The notes below the pieces were generated by a model. That model was not told where the DNA came from and searched no databases. It saw only the letters and a program-made list of their open reading frames with translations. DNA of 63,811 bases, counting the filler, from Guillardia theta CCMP2712 (lineage: Eukaryota > Protista > Cryptophyta), in NCBI RefSeq assembly GCF_000315625.1. It is 6 parts of 6 records of this genome, joined end to end, with 100 filler letters (N's around TTAATTAATTAA, not from the genome) between each part and the next. Parts side by side here need not be neighbours in the genome. Positions count along the whole stretch, not along the records: positions 1 to 11,534 come from NW_005434629.1; positions 11,635 to 31,950 come from NW_005434352.1; 4 more parts are not named here. One strand, 5' to 3'. The translations under genes were made by a program, and so were the position numbers. Below, piece by piece: positions 1 to 15,467 of the stretch (the stretch's first letter is position 1; each line of letters starts with the position of its first letter).

Positions 1-315
1 AGACTATCCTAGTGTGCGAAGGAGAGCCTACCATGGCTGAAGTTGGGCTGGTGGGAGTGATGTGGAGGAAGGTGAGCTGGTTGCTGGGACTGCGACAAAG
101 CAATGTGGGGGATGAGAACCTGGAGGATGGAAGGAGGGAATATGGAAAGGGAGATATCATTATGGAGCATGACGAGGAGGAGGAGGAGGAGGAGGAGGAG
201 GAGGAGGAGGAGGAGGAGGAGAAAGAGAACGAGGAGGCGGAGGAGGAGAAACGGGGCTGATATGGGGAGGAGAATGGACGAAGGGGGTTGGGTGTGAAAT
301 AGTTCGTCATTAAAT

Positions 316-3300
316 TCAAAGAGAGCTTGAGAAGGTCAGGAGGGTTGAGAGTAGAGGAGGAGCGTCAGTCGTCGTCGACCTTGATAGAGGAGGAGCCGAG
401 GCAGCAGAGGAAGGAGGTGGGGGGATGCTCGTCGAAGGCATACGACTCGCAGTAGCTGAGAGATCTGTCGCGCTCGCCATTGCGATGGCGATACTTGTTC
501 TTGAGAGAGTAGGCCTTGCGGTTCTTGTTCTCAAACTTCTTGTACGTCTGCGGCGGCAGAATGAGGCCATGGAGCAGAGAGGAGGAAAGGAAACAGGAGC
601 AGGAAACGAGGTGGGAGGTGGTGAAGGACGAGGAAGGAAAGAGAAGGGGCGCGTGGGGAGGGAAGGGGGGAGCGAAGTAACATGTCAGAAGGTAGAGTGA
701 TGAGGACTGCTGGGGGAGAAGACTGTTTGCGAGAATGAGGAAGCCGGGGAGTCAGAAGCCAAGGGCCCAAGCGCCACCTGCTTGAAGAACTTGGTGCGCT
801 TGTTGAGGTAGTAGAACTGGATGCAGTCCCTAGTCGTCTTGTTGGGAAGGAAGCGACTAGTCGGGGACAGTCAGTCAGAAGCAAAGGAAGGGAGGAGGGG
901 GACGAGGAGAGGGGGGGGGGGGGGAGGGGAAGGAAATGGGAAGGAGGAGGAGGAGGATCCAGTAAAGAGCCCCACAAGTTTCTCCTCCTTCGACCCCCCT
1001 GTGACTTGGGATTAAACGACCTGGTCCCACAACGGATCCCTCACCAAACCCGCCCCTCATGTCCAGCAAGGGAGACGAACTTGGTGCAAGAAAAAGTAGA
1101 CGAAGAAAAATTCACGAGATGGCGGAAAGTGACGTTCAGAGAGGGAGATAGAGAGGAGCAAGACATTGCTGTAGCCAAGGGATGATGGAAAGAGGATGGG
1201 GATTGAATAGAATGGAACAAGAGAGATGGAAGGAGGAGAGCAAGCAGGGAGATGGGCTGCGAAGGGAGGAGGGAGGAAAACAAGGAAGGAAGGGAGGGAG
1301 GGAGGGAGACCGTTGTTGCTTCGGAAGATGTAGTTCTGACGCTCGTGGGCGGTGAGAAGCATGTTGGGGACAATTGCAACGCTGCCAAGCACGTCAGAAA
1401 TGTTGACAGGAGCTCCGGCGCCGCCCTGCCTGGGAGCGATCTCCTCCTCCTCCTCCTGAAGCATCGGTGAGCACCAGAGAAGCGAGTAGAATACAACATA
1501 AGGGGAAACAAGGAGGGAAGGAGAGAGGATGGGACAGCAAAAGGGAAGAGAGAAGATAGAGGCCGAAGGGGGAGTTGGGAAGAGGAAGGGAGGGAAAGGA
1601 CCTCTTGTCCTTTGGGTTTCTGCTCGGCTTGTCTCGTTTTTCGGCGGAAAGGATCTTGAAGCTCTACATGAGCAGGTCAACTAGCAGGACGAAAAGACAC
1701 GAGAGGCACCAGGAATCTCAACGACTGGCTTCGGTTTTCTCTCCCTCTTGATGTTGTTGACCTTCATCGTCGCTTTAGCTCCTCCTTCTCCACCTCCTTC
1801 TCTTTTTCCTCCTCCTCCTCCTCCTCCTCCCCTTCCTCCCTTCTGCAACAGATCGAAGGACATCCGTTACCTGGAGCCACTTCTTCATCTCCTGTCGATA
1901 TTGAGCTGGTGAACATGTCACATACATTCCAGCGCATCACTTCTCCTTACCCGCAACCTCCAGCTCTCTTCTCTTCGCCTCCTTCACCTGCATCATCTCT
2001 CAGCCCTCCGCTCCCCTGCCTCTCCGCTCCTCGCAACTCTCCTCCTCCTCCGCTCTCCTCGACTCTCTTGCTCCTCTCCTCTCCTCTGCATCCTCATCAC
2101 AACCTGCGCCTGCACGAAGGTCGCCACGTGCTTCTTGACAACTTGGTGCCGCTCGAGGTTGTAGAAGTAGAATGGCGATTTCTGCGCACAGCCGCCAATC
2201 ATCGTAGAGCGCAGTCAAAGGAGCGCAGTCACCTCCACCGACTGATAGACAGGACTCGCCTCCTCTTCCGTCTTGAACTCAAACGACAAGATGCTCGAAA
2301 TCTCATCGTGCACCTGATCAGAATCCGTGTCAATCGTCGTGCTCCTACTCCCTGATCCTTCCTTCTTTCCTTCCCATGTGAAGCTTCCAGCCTCCGCTGA
2401 TCCCCTCCACTGCTACCACTCTCCTAGCACCACCACGATCCCCTACCTTCTTCACAGTAGCTCGGTTTTTCTCCCACAGCGTGAGGGCGAGCAAGGAAGG
2501 TTTGACTTCCTTGGGTTGAGGAGAGTTCTCAGTCTTGAAGATTTGGGCCTCTCCATGTGACGATTGCGCTATCAGCCCGTTGATCGCATCTTCTGTCGAC
2601 GCAATGGCCTCATCAACAGTCTGTTGAAACCATGCTCAGCTCTCCTCGTTAAAAATTCTTCCAGCTCCTCTCCCTCCTTCTTCCAGCTCCTCGCCCTCCT
2701 TCTTCCAGCTCCGCCCCCTCCCGGCCGCCTTTCCACCTTCGTCCTCGCATTCCCCCTGCCCCGAACTCCTCCTCCTCTCTCTTTCTTCTCCCTCGTTTCC
2801 TTCAAACCTCACCTGGATCTTGGCGAGAATCTCTTCCTGTGTCAGAGACACTTCTGGTTCCTCCACCTTCTCAGCCGCAGCAGCCCCTTGCGCCGCACCC
2901 CCAGCATCGGGCACCTTCTCCTCGTCTCTTGGCATTAGACTTTCTCTTCCAGGAGGCTGATCGTCTTCTTCCATGGGCACATCCTCCTCAGAGTCCGATA
3001 GAGCTTCTAGATGCACGGGGAAAGTCTCTTTCTTTCTCGCCCCCTCCTCCTTCTCCAACACCTCCTCCTTGGGTGGAGCCTCCTTGGGTTGCTCCACTTC
3101 CTTGGGTTGCTCCACTTCCTTGGGTTGCTCCACTTCCTTGGGTTGCTCCACTTCCTTGGGTTGCTCCACTTCCTTGGGTTGTTCCACCTTCTCGTCTTTC
3201 CTGTCTTCAATTTGCTTCTTCTCTTCTTCTTTAACTTCAACCTCTCTGGCCCGATCCGCTTCTCTTGGCTTGTCAGCATGAGCTTCCTTCACTTCCACCT

Positions 3301-4519
3301 TCAGCTCTTCTGTTCCATTTGTCCCCTGATCCTTCTCGGTCGCAACTTCTTTTTTCTCGGATGTCTCTTGCCAGCTTTCCTTCACGTCATGGTTTGACGA
3401 GCCATAGTCTTCGCCGTTTGCCTTGGGCTCTGTACAGACAGAAAAAGTTTTACAAGAAAATCGAGCGACCGCATCATCATCATCATCATCACCATCACCA
3501 TCATCATCATCATCATCATCATCATATTCATCATCATATAAGCAACAACAACAACCATCATCGGCATCGGCATGTCACGTTGTCATGGCAGGCTCACCGT
3601 CTTCTGGCTTGACAACTTTCTCCACAGACCTCAGCCCGAACCCGAACGTCAGCCTGGGCTTCTTCGACGCGGGTGTCGAGTAGGAGGAGGGGCTGTTGAC
3701 ACTCGCTGCGCCCTCTGACGACTCCACTGGGCTCTTCTGCCGCTTCAAGCCAGTGCCATTGCTGCCGGCAGAGATGTCGCTGATACCTCGCTTTTTTGTC
3801 TCGGTGTCGTTGACTTCATCAGTTGCCGGCACTTCATGTGCCTTTGCGCCTTCGGGGAGCATGTCGTCCTGGGGTACCGTAAGACCTCCCGTGAAGCACT
3901 GGTAAGAGCACTAGAGCACAGGAAGGCGACAGGATGAGGAGAGGAGAGGAGAGGGCAACGAGTCAAGTGCGAAGCAGAGACAGCAGAAGAATTGACTCGC
4001 TTCACCTTCACGGGTGTCGAGATAGTTGTCGGCAGCTCTTTTTCCATTCCTGACTAGAATGTCAGTATGACATGTTGAGAAAACCGAAGGGGCACCTGCG
4101 TCATGCGGTTGTTTCTTCTCATTCTGTGTGCTTGCAGCGTGCTCTTGTTCCAGCACCTGGAGGACAATGTCAAAGGCAAGACAGTGCATGATTATGTGCG
4201 AGAGGCGGGCGGGGGGGTCACGAGCAGGTCTGCTCGCGGGCGGTTCGCCCACGTCTGGAGGGCGCGATGGTCGTGCGCTCGGCTCTAGCATGCAGGTATG
4301 CACAGCAAATAGACAAAGACATAATGCGAAGTGAGACATGCGCATGAGCAGAGAGAGAATAGGGAGGCGGTGGGCGGACGGGAAGGAGCATGGAGGATTG
4401 AACATTACCGGCAACTCGTCGTCTTGCGCCCTAGACGGGCTGTACTCTTCTCCAGAATCCGACAGGGGCTCATGGAACTGCTGGTTTGACGTCCCGGGAA
4501 ACTTCTCTTGAGCAGCCAT
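316..4519 (-). CDS. Multi-exon N-CoR/Snt1/POWERDRESS-like SANT-domain corepressor protein (boundaries approximate)
   Basis: Manually spliced minus-strand exons read IVPNMLLTAHERQNYIFRSNNG (~1310-1380), GLVRDPLWDQ (~1020-1050) and RFLPNKTTRDCIQFYYLNKRTKFFKQ (~778-856). These match the pre-SANT segment and SANT1 helix of the N-CoR/Snt1 family. Long acidic low-complexity exons lie upstream (2636-3385, 3575-3862). The W-x-x-E-E-K segment reads GSKEEKLV near 975-1000, a possible sequence error. Confidence 0.65.
3082..3189 (-). repeat. Coding 18-bp tandem repeat (PKEVEQ)n, about 6 copies
   Basis: CCTTGGGTTGCTCCACTT repeated on the + strand; translated as EQPKEV repeats in ORF 2636..3385. Confidence 0.9.
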
Positions 4520-5948
4520 GGCTGCCAGTGTTGGGATAGAGGAAGAGCAAGACGCGCTCCGGCGAACTTAGCTCGCGCCTGTCAGCTCGGCCCGCAAGTA
4601 TCAAGCTCTCCCCGTCCACGACCACCAGGTTTTCATAATGCTGATCACGCAAAGCGCTCTAGAGCCAAGATCATTCACTTCCTTGACTTCTTCCTTCCTC
4701 CTCCTCTTCTGCCTCCTCCTCCTCCTCCTCCTGCAGCTCCTTCTCCTCTTTCTTGTACCCCCACCAGCCCCGCCATGCTTACGCGCTTCGAAACTGCCGT
4801 GTTTGAAAAGATTCTCTCAAGTTTCAAATCAGATCTCATCTTTTCCGGATTTGTGCAAATTTCAGTGGTTGATACCAAAATTCAAGACGGGCCGCCCGGT
4901 CTCCCGGGGCCCGGCCGGTCAGTGCCTTTACTCACTGAGCCACTCACTGAAATGGTCATGAGGGCGATGATTCATACGAGTACAGATGGAGCTCGGCAAG
5001 CCGATGATCGAGCTTGTCATCTACCATGGGTGGGGTGCCTTTTATATCCAGGGGGGTAGGGTGGACCTCAATGGACTCAAGTGGTCGGGTCAGGGGTGAT
5101 AGCCCCTGGAATCGGTCTTGGATTCTAGGGGTGGGTCATCTCCTGCACACATCATCGAGGGGTCCCTGCTGCTTTTGAGGGTGGGGGAATATTACGGCGA
5201 GTTTGGACAGGGGTGGGGGTACTTCGATCCCAACGTCGATCGTTTCATATTATTATTATTAGCAGGGTAGGTAGGGAGTTGATATTAGGGGTAGTCGATG
5301 TAAGGGGTACGAAAATTGCACGGGTACTAAAATCAGTGCCTGTCAGGGGTGTAGTCTAGATGAGGGGTACTTAAGGACAAAGTGAGGGTGATATTTTCTT
5401 GATGGTACCCATTGTGGATTGATCGACAAACGAGATGATCGGGGGGTACTCTAATAAGTACCCGTCCAGTTGACACAGGACACGAGGGGGTAGGTCCCTC
5501 TAAGTGGTGGTTTAAAAGATGGTTTTAAGAGCAACCTGTACCCCTCCTTTGACAGAGAAAGTTGGGGGTAAGTGGCAGAGTGGTGGCCAGGATCATGCGA
5601 GTGGGAGGATTGATCGAGGCGAGAGAAGTGGGAGGAGGAGGAGGAGGAGGAGGAGGAGGAGGAGGAGGAGGGAGGAGTGGGCGAACGAGGACGAGGATTC
5701 TGGACGAGGGTCTTGCTGCATGGAAGAGAATTGGAATCAGTTTGTAGAGGTCAAGGTAGAAAGATCAGACGTGAATGTTGAGGGAAGGGCTAGAACACAA
5801 TGAAGTCCCCGACCATTCCACTTCCCATCAGCTGACTGACTTTTGTGGGCAGGTGCTAAGAGGATGTAACATGTGCCGAAAGATGATATCATACTGAGAG
5901 AAATCCTCCCCCGCCTGATATCTCCGTGATCTTGTGGAGATCTTTCAA

Positions 5949-9234
<3,286 letters not shown>

Positions 9235-9477
9235 CAGGGCGACATCGACGTGTAATCGTCGGTTGTCATGATATACTTTCTTCGCTTTTCTGCCTCTTGC
9301 TGCATGCCTGAGGTTTTTTATAATTGTTGTGATGTATTCTTTCGTGATTATTCTCGTTATTCATTAAATTCTTTTACACCATCCTCCCTTCTTCGCTCCA
9401 TCTCCTCCATCTCCTCCTCATTCTTTCAGCTCTTGTGTCGTTTCACTGTTAATCTTTCAGCTGTTCAAGAAGCAGTT

Positions 9478-11310
9478 TCCTCGCAATTTCTGTGTGATCT
9501 GCATGACAACCATCAGCCTTTTGGGTACAAGATGGAAACGGACGAGGATGAAAGGATGAGAACGAGCAAACGCTGAAGAGCAGGAGGAGGTGAAGGAGGA
9601 GGAGCGGGAGGAGCAAAAGTATCGTTATCACCTGATGGCACGTCCTCTAATTCCTTGCACCTGCGAAGAAGTTGGTGAGGGGAGAAAGCCAAGAGCAGGT
9701 TCACAAAGGAGCAAGCGAGAGAAAAGAAGGGGGGGAAGGGAATGTTGGAGGGGATGGAAAGAAGGAAGGAGAGAGAGCAGGAAGGGACGGAGAGGAGGAA
9801 GGAGAGAGAGCAGGAAGGGACGGAGAGGAGGAGGCAAGGGAGTTGGCAGACCATGTTTTTGCGATTTCACATCTTGACTCGAGCAACTGAGAGAACATCA
9901 ACATGAGAAAACCCAAGGGTCTGGACTCCTCCTCCCTCCTTTCATTCATCCCGTTGCTCCTCGTTCTCCTCGCTCGTCCTAAGTCTCCTCCCTCCCTCCC
10001 TCCCTCCTTTCCACTCTTTTCCACCTTCTTGCCCCGTAGCTTTCTCTTCACTTTCTCCTTTCTTCCCTCAGTGTTTCTCGCTCCCTCTCTCCCTCTCGCT
10101 CCCTCCATCCCTCTCGCTCCTCAGTCTCTCCTCACCTGCTCGACCACAGCGACAGGATCCACGAGCGCCTGCCCGCCAAGTCACCTCCAGCCCTCAGCCT
10201 CTCCTCCTATCACCAGGCTCTCATCGTTTGCGTTACGAACGAAACTCGGCGACTGATTGAGCAGCATCTGCATGAAGCTACAAGAGCAATTTCAGCGCAG
10301 GCAAGGTCAGCGAGAGGAGATGGTGGTGGGAAGGCGAGAAAAACGTGGAGGAGGAGGAGGAGGAGGAGGAGGAGGAGGAGGTCGAGGGTGTAGTTGGGAT
10401 AACAACAAAAACACTAGAGGAAGCTCCTACTTGCGATCGACATCATAACCAGCGTCTCCTTCAAAATCTGTCCCATGCACCTGCATCACCACAACTCATC
10501 GTCACCATTTCATACTTCTCCTCATCCTCCCTCTCTTTCTCCCTCCCTTTTCTTCCCTTCCCGCCTCCTCCTCTCCTCTACCTTTCCAAATTTTCCACCG
10601 ACTCCCTTCTCTACCCCCTCCCCCCCATCCCTTCCTCCTCCCTCCTCTCATTTTGGAATTTTACCATTAGCATACGATCGAGCCAATCAGCACTGGTTTG
10701 CTCGTTCTTGTTCCCCCGCTTCTTCTCGGCAATGAATTTCTTGGAATCGCCATCACGAAAATTCAACACACAGAGGAGAATTTCACCTTGATCGCAAGAA
10801 AAGTTGACAACCGCTTCAGCAGATCGTAGTTCCCTCCCCTGTAGTTCGTCCCACAGTTGCCTGATCGTCTCTTTATTTGCCATGTATTGTTGGTAGTCAA
10901 GTCTTACTGTCTGACACGTCGTGGGCAAAGACTGGGAACTGAACGAGTTTCGTGAGAACGTGAAGAAATGGAGAGGAGCAAGTGAGAGAAGAGAAGAAGA
11001 CAAGACGACAAGACGACAAGAAGACAAGAAGACAAGAAGACAAGGAAGATGAGGACACGAAAGGAGGAGCGCAGGAGCGGCGGAGTAAGAACGTGGAACA
11101 AAAGAAGCAACGCGCAGACACACATCAACTGTCAACGAGAAACTCTGAAGACACCTGCATGTGAGCGTTCTTGTCCTCTTTCTCTCTCACTCTCTCGAGG
11201 TATCCTCGCCAGATCTCGTTCGACTCCTTGTCGAACAGCATCAGATCTTCCCGCCACTCGTTGGAGATCTCCTCTCTCAGCTTCCTGAGACGCCGGGCCC
11301 CGATCAGCAT
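9478..11310 (-). CDS. Partial multi-exon hypothetical protein (5' end lost in gap)
   Basis: Coding-like exons RRLRKLREEISNEWREDLMLFDKESNEIWRGYLERVREKEDKNAHMQ and TVRLDYQQYMANKETIRQLWDELQGRELRSAEAVVNFSCDQGEILLCVLNFRDGD, flanked by GT/AG and SSR-rich introns. No family recognised. Confidence 0.5.
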
Positions 11311-11534
11311 CAAAGGCAGTGGATGTAGAGGGGGGAGAGAGAGGGACAGAGGGAGGGGGGGAGGGAGGGAGGGAGGGAGGGAGGGAGGAAAGATGGATTG
11401 GGAGGGAGAGAGAGGAGAGAGGAGAGGAGGAAGGAGGGAGAAGAGATGAGAGATAGGAGGGCCATGGGGCAGAAAGAGCCGGCAGGGAAAGGCAGAAACA
11501 ACGAAAAGGTGCCAACCCAAATTTTTGGGTACAA

Positions 11535-11634
11535 NNNNNNNNNNNNNNNNNNNNNNNNNNNNNNNNNNNNNNNNNNNNTTAATTAATTAANNNNNNNNNN
11601 NNNNNNNNNNNNNNNNNNNNNNNNNNNNNNNNNN
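11535..11634. other. Assembly spacer (N run with TTAATTAATTAA all-frame stop linker)
   Basis: 100 nt of N with central TTAATTAATTAA; the same construct recurs four more times. Confidence 0.97.
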
Positions 11635-11899
11635 GATGGTTGAGTATAAACAGAGAAGTAGGGCTGCACCCCAGAAGTTGCACTGAGATCATGGGGTAGT
11701 CTACTAACTAATTTGTAGAGCCTTCTTATGGTACAATTTTATAAACAAGTTTGAACGACCTCTCTACACGCCATGAGCCTCCCCTTGTTCGGGGCACGTC
11801 GCACCGCTCTGTACTGCCCTAACCATGGCTCGCAAACAGCGAGCCCGCGGCAGCGTGTGCAGACATCAGATGTTCACCGAACCTCCTCATGGGAAATTC

Positions 11900-13600
11900 C
11901 TGAGGTGTAGAGATGATGATCCTTGAGGAGTGCTTCGTACAGTGCGTGGATCTCACGAAAAATCGTTTGGTGAGCGAAGAGCATCAATAATACAAGTGAA
12001 AATCACCATCACAGGGATACGTTGCAATCGAAACCGGGTTGTGAAATACCCTAAGCTATCTGCGATGCATGACAGGGAAACTGAGTTGGAGTAGATGGAT
12101 GGAGATTACACACAAGACGACAGGGAATCATCATCCGACGGTGACTGGATTCTTCAAAAGCCGTACAGTCACCAGTGAGCTCAAGAACACATGTCTTCAC
12201 GATGATGGCTGATTTGCTCGCAAGAAATACAGTGCATTTTAGCAGTGAGCTGCTCGATTGCTTGAAACCACGATGATCCACAGCACTATCGAATGATAAC
12301 AAGCAAGTCCAGTGGTTCGTGAAGGATTCTTCATCCGGTTTTCAAGGATGTGTTGGAACGATGAAACATGTTGCAAATCACCAAGGTCTATGCCATTTGA
12401 TCACATGATGCATCATCTAAATATTACTGGTGTGAACTTGCATCAGATCGTGTGTCCATCAATGAGCCCCCCCAAGCAGATGATACGGTCACAGCAAACA
12501 CGAGCACTTTGAAGATGCTGATATTCCAGGCCGTACAGCATTTATGATGTGGCTACATGTCACATGCTTCTTGGTTAACACAGAAATAACTTCGCCAGGC
12601 AAAAGATGGAACGTCGTCAGGATTACAAGGAGGTCGGTTGTGCTTTTACCCAGATTGAAACGCTTGTAATAAAGATATGATCACCTGAATGTGGAATTCT
12701 GTTTATTGATTCACAGTGTTTGTGGTTCGTTTACAATCATCGAGTGCTTGCTCTGTTGAACAAGGCACCCCCCGGAGAGCCAAATGCAACAAGAACTCTA
12801 CTGTTGCATGGTAGCATTGCGAACTGTCCAAACAAGGCAGGATTGATTCGAAGAACATCTCATTTATTGATATCAGATTCATCTGCACATTGTTTCATTT
12901 CTAACTAGGTTTCTGCAGCGTTGTGGAAATGTCATGACAGAGGAAGAACTTAGTTGCAGTGCAGAAAAATCATCAAACGTCATGAAACATGGAAATGCAA
13001 TTGTCAATGCACTTGATCATGGGTATAGTGATTCATGATCAACAACGATGATTCAAAGTCATCTATCCTGGCAGGTAAAGAAATCCTTTGTGCAAACGTC
13101 TCTTCATGCATCATTGAACGGTTGAGCATGTAAAGCTTTCTCTATAGAAAAGTGAGGTGCATGAATCCTGACCGTAAGACTAGAAGAATTGAAAGTGAGT
13201 GATGACATGAGAACACATATCTAGACAGCAAAGTCGCTTAAGGTACAGTTTGATACAAATTTCTCACAAATCATGCATTTGAGCTCAACGTTCAACCTAC
13301 GGCCATTTGAAAGAAGGGTCAATCAGAGTTGATTCTGTTCAATGGTGAATCTATCATTAGTTGCTTAGCTGTTCATGAAAATTTCATCTTGTCTTCGAAG
13401 AATATTTTCAAGTACACACGTGGATTGTTTGTACCTAGGGTGCATATTCCAGTACATGATGGATGATTCAAACCTTGGCCCAACCTGCAGAGTTGAGAAA
13501 GAAGCTCGATCATCTCTTACAGGTATGATATGAGATCTTCATCTCATTTCTATCTCAGTTGGGTTAGATTCGAAGTCTCTCAATATCAAGGTTCATCCTC
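11900..13600 (+). pseudogene. Decayed KDZ (Kyakuja/Dileera/Zisupton)-like transposase remnant
   Basis: Stop- and frameshift-ridden fragments: NHRVLALLNKAPPGE (~12735-12780; cf. KDZ CxH...PGE), AIVNALDHGYS (~12997-13030; cf. FHAYxH), and an SSELLD-like stretch near 12240 (cf. CxC-domain AFSxELLD). Confidence 0.45.
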
Positions 13601-14108
13601 GCGAGTCAGGAAGGCACCATTTCATCGCCTCTTGCTCGTCCAGGGAGAGGGGGCTTGGGGAATGAGAAATGGGGGCTACCCCCCACCCCCTATCACAGAG
13701 TTTCAAACTGGATCAAAGGTGGGTAGTTGAGGGTGCTCCATACCCACCCCACCCCCCAACGAAAGTCAAACGGAGGGGTTCTCGGAAGTCGAAGTTCCGA
13801 CCAGTTTGGCCCTCGTTTTGTACCATATAAACGCTGCAATATTAAGTTGGTACCACAGATACTTCTAAAATTCGTACTTTTACTTTGGTTTGGCGTGGTG
13901 AGGTGTCCAAGCAACCAAATTCAAATCACCCTACCCCTCTTTGGCCCTGCGCAGCAACGATTTTCCTAAGAGCGAGTACCCTCCTACACGCCTTCTCAAA
14001 GTAGGGTACTCCCACATGGCATGAAATGAAGGGACCCCACAGGCCCTTCGAAAAAAAAAAATCTTGCCAATTTTTCCTATGAGCGCCCGGCCGGAAAAGC
14101 AACGCTAT

Positions 14109-14600
14109 GGGCCTCCATCTAGACTGATCTGATACCTCCTTGTGTCATCCGACTCATATATATACTGAGGCGGGCCCGCAGGGCCCGCCTTAGAAAAAAA
14201 AATGGAGAAAACTCACGTTGGGAGCCCCACCGCAAACATACCCCCAGATCCCCTCCCCCAGATCCCCTCCCACCTTCCATCTGAGGGCATGGAAAGGCTC
14301 ATTGGCCTCCATCTAGACTGATCTGAAGGCTCCTCGTATCATCCGACTCACATATATACTGAGACGGGCCCACAGGGCCCGCCTTAGTAAAATCTCACGT
14401 CGGGATTTCCGATCAATTAGTACATGAACTGGTTTATAGGTAGAAAAACCCTGGATTCTCAACTCAATTTCCAGTTGAGTTTCGACCTCGAAAAAAATCC
14501 TATACGTATAAATACGTTGCAAGTTTTTTCTTCCCGGTTCTCTCCCATATCATTTTATACCTCCCCGCGACCCCTCGGCTGAGGCGGGCCCGCAGGGCCC
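14109..14600. repeat. ~85-bp direct repeat (2 copies plus 1 partial) ending in a GC-rich hairpin
   Basis: GGCCTCCATCTAGACTGATCTGA...CTGAGGCGGGCCCGCAGGGCCCGCCTTAG at ~14110-14193 and ~14304-14387; hairpin core again at ~14579-14600. Confidence 0.85.
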
Positions 14601-14629
14601 CTTTTTTTTGAAGCGACCTTTTTAAAGCG

Positions 14630-14969
14630 CCAGCACGTGCGCTTGGTGCTAAGTTTTTTTTAGGAGTGTCATCATGTGTGCTTGGTGCTAAGTCTTTTTT
14701 TTGAAGCGACCTTTTTAAAGGGCCAGCACGTGCGCTTGGTGCTAAGTTTTTTTTAGGGGATCAGAACGTGCGCTTGGTGCTAAGTTTTTTTTGAAGTGTC
14801 ATCTTTTTTTAGGGGATCAGCACGTGCGCTTGGTGCTAAGTTTTTTTTTGAAGTGTCATCATGTGCGCTTGGTGCAAAGTCTTTTTTTGAAGGAACTTTT
14901 TGAAGGGCCAGCACGTGCTTGGTGCTAAGTCTTTTTTTTGAAGGGCCAGCACGTGCGCTTGGTGCTAAG
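14630..14969. repeat. Tandem array of GCACGTGCGCTTGGTGCTAAG(T)n-based units
   Basis: About 8 imperfect copies with T-rich linkers, directly visible. Confidence 0.9.
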
Positions 14970-15133
14970 ACCAAAAGTCACGATACCGTAGACCAAAGTC
15001 ACGATACCAAGGTCATGATACCGAAAGTCACGATACCAAGGTCATGATACCGAAAGTCACGATACCAAGGTCATGATACCAAAAGTCACGATACCAAAGT
15101 CACGATACCAGGGTCACGGTTCCAAAGTCACGG
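14970..15133. repeat. Tandem array of 14-15-bp AA(A/G)GTCA(C/T)GATACC units
   Basis: About 11 copies, directly visible. Confidence 0.9.
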
Positions 15134-15467
15134 CCGTGTGTAACGTGATGCGGTAACGTGACCTTCACTTGCGCGCCTTTGAAAAAATCTGACCCCGGGG
15201 GGGTGTCTATTTGGTACCATACCCCTGGGGTAGTGGAACAGGGTTATGCGATCATATCACTCAATAGCTTTCAAATCAACAATGATTCGAGATATGCCCG
15301 CGACGAGTTTGTGGGCGGGGCATGTCACGCCAGTCAGCACCTTGCTAATCCCCTGGGCGACCTTAACAGGGGATTAGCCCTCGTTTTGACTAAAACATTT
15401 GTACCAGGAGCTAATCCTAAGGTCTAAGGTTGTGGCGCCAAAATAAGCCCCCTACTTAATTCATCCT

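Noticed and set aside
12-700. Poly-E/R/G/H/M/L ORFs here and throughout the ORF track
   Set aside because: They are translations of intronic or antisense microsatellites.
11535-11634. TTAATTAATTAA as a biological motif (recombination site or TSD)
   Set aside because: It is always centred in an identical 100-nt N run and gives stops in all frames, so it is an artificial contig linker.
14630-15133. Repeat arrays as CRISPR
   Set aside because: The intervening sequences are T-rich variants of each other rather than unique spacers; there are no cas genes and the context is eukaryotic.
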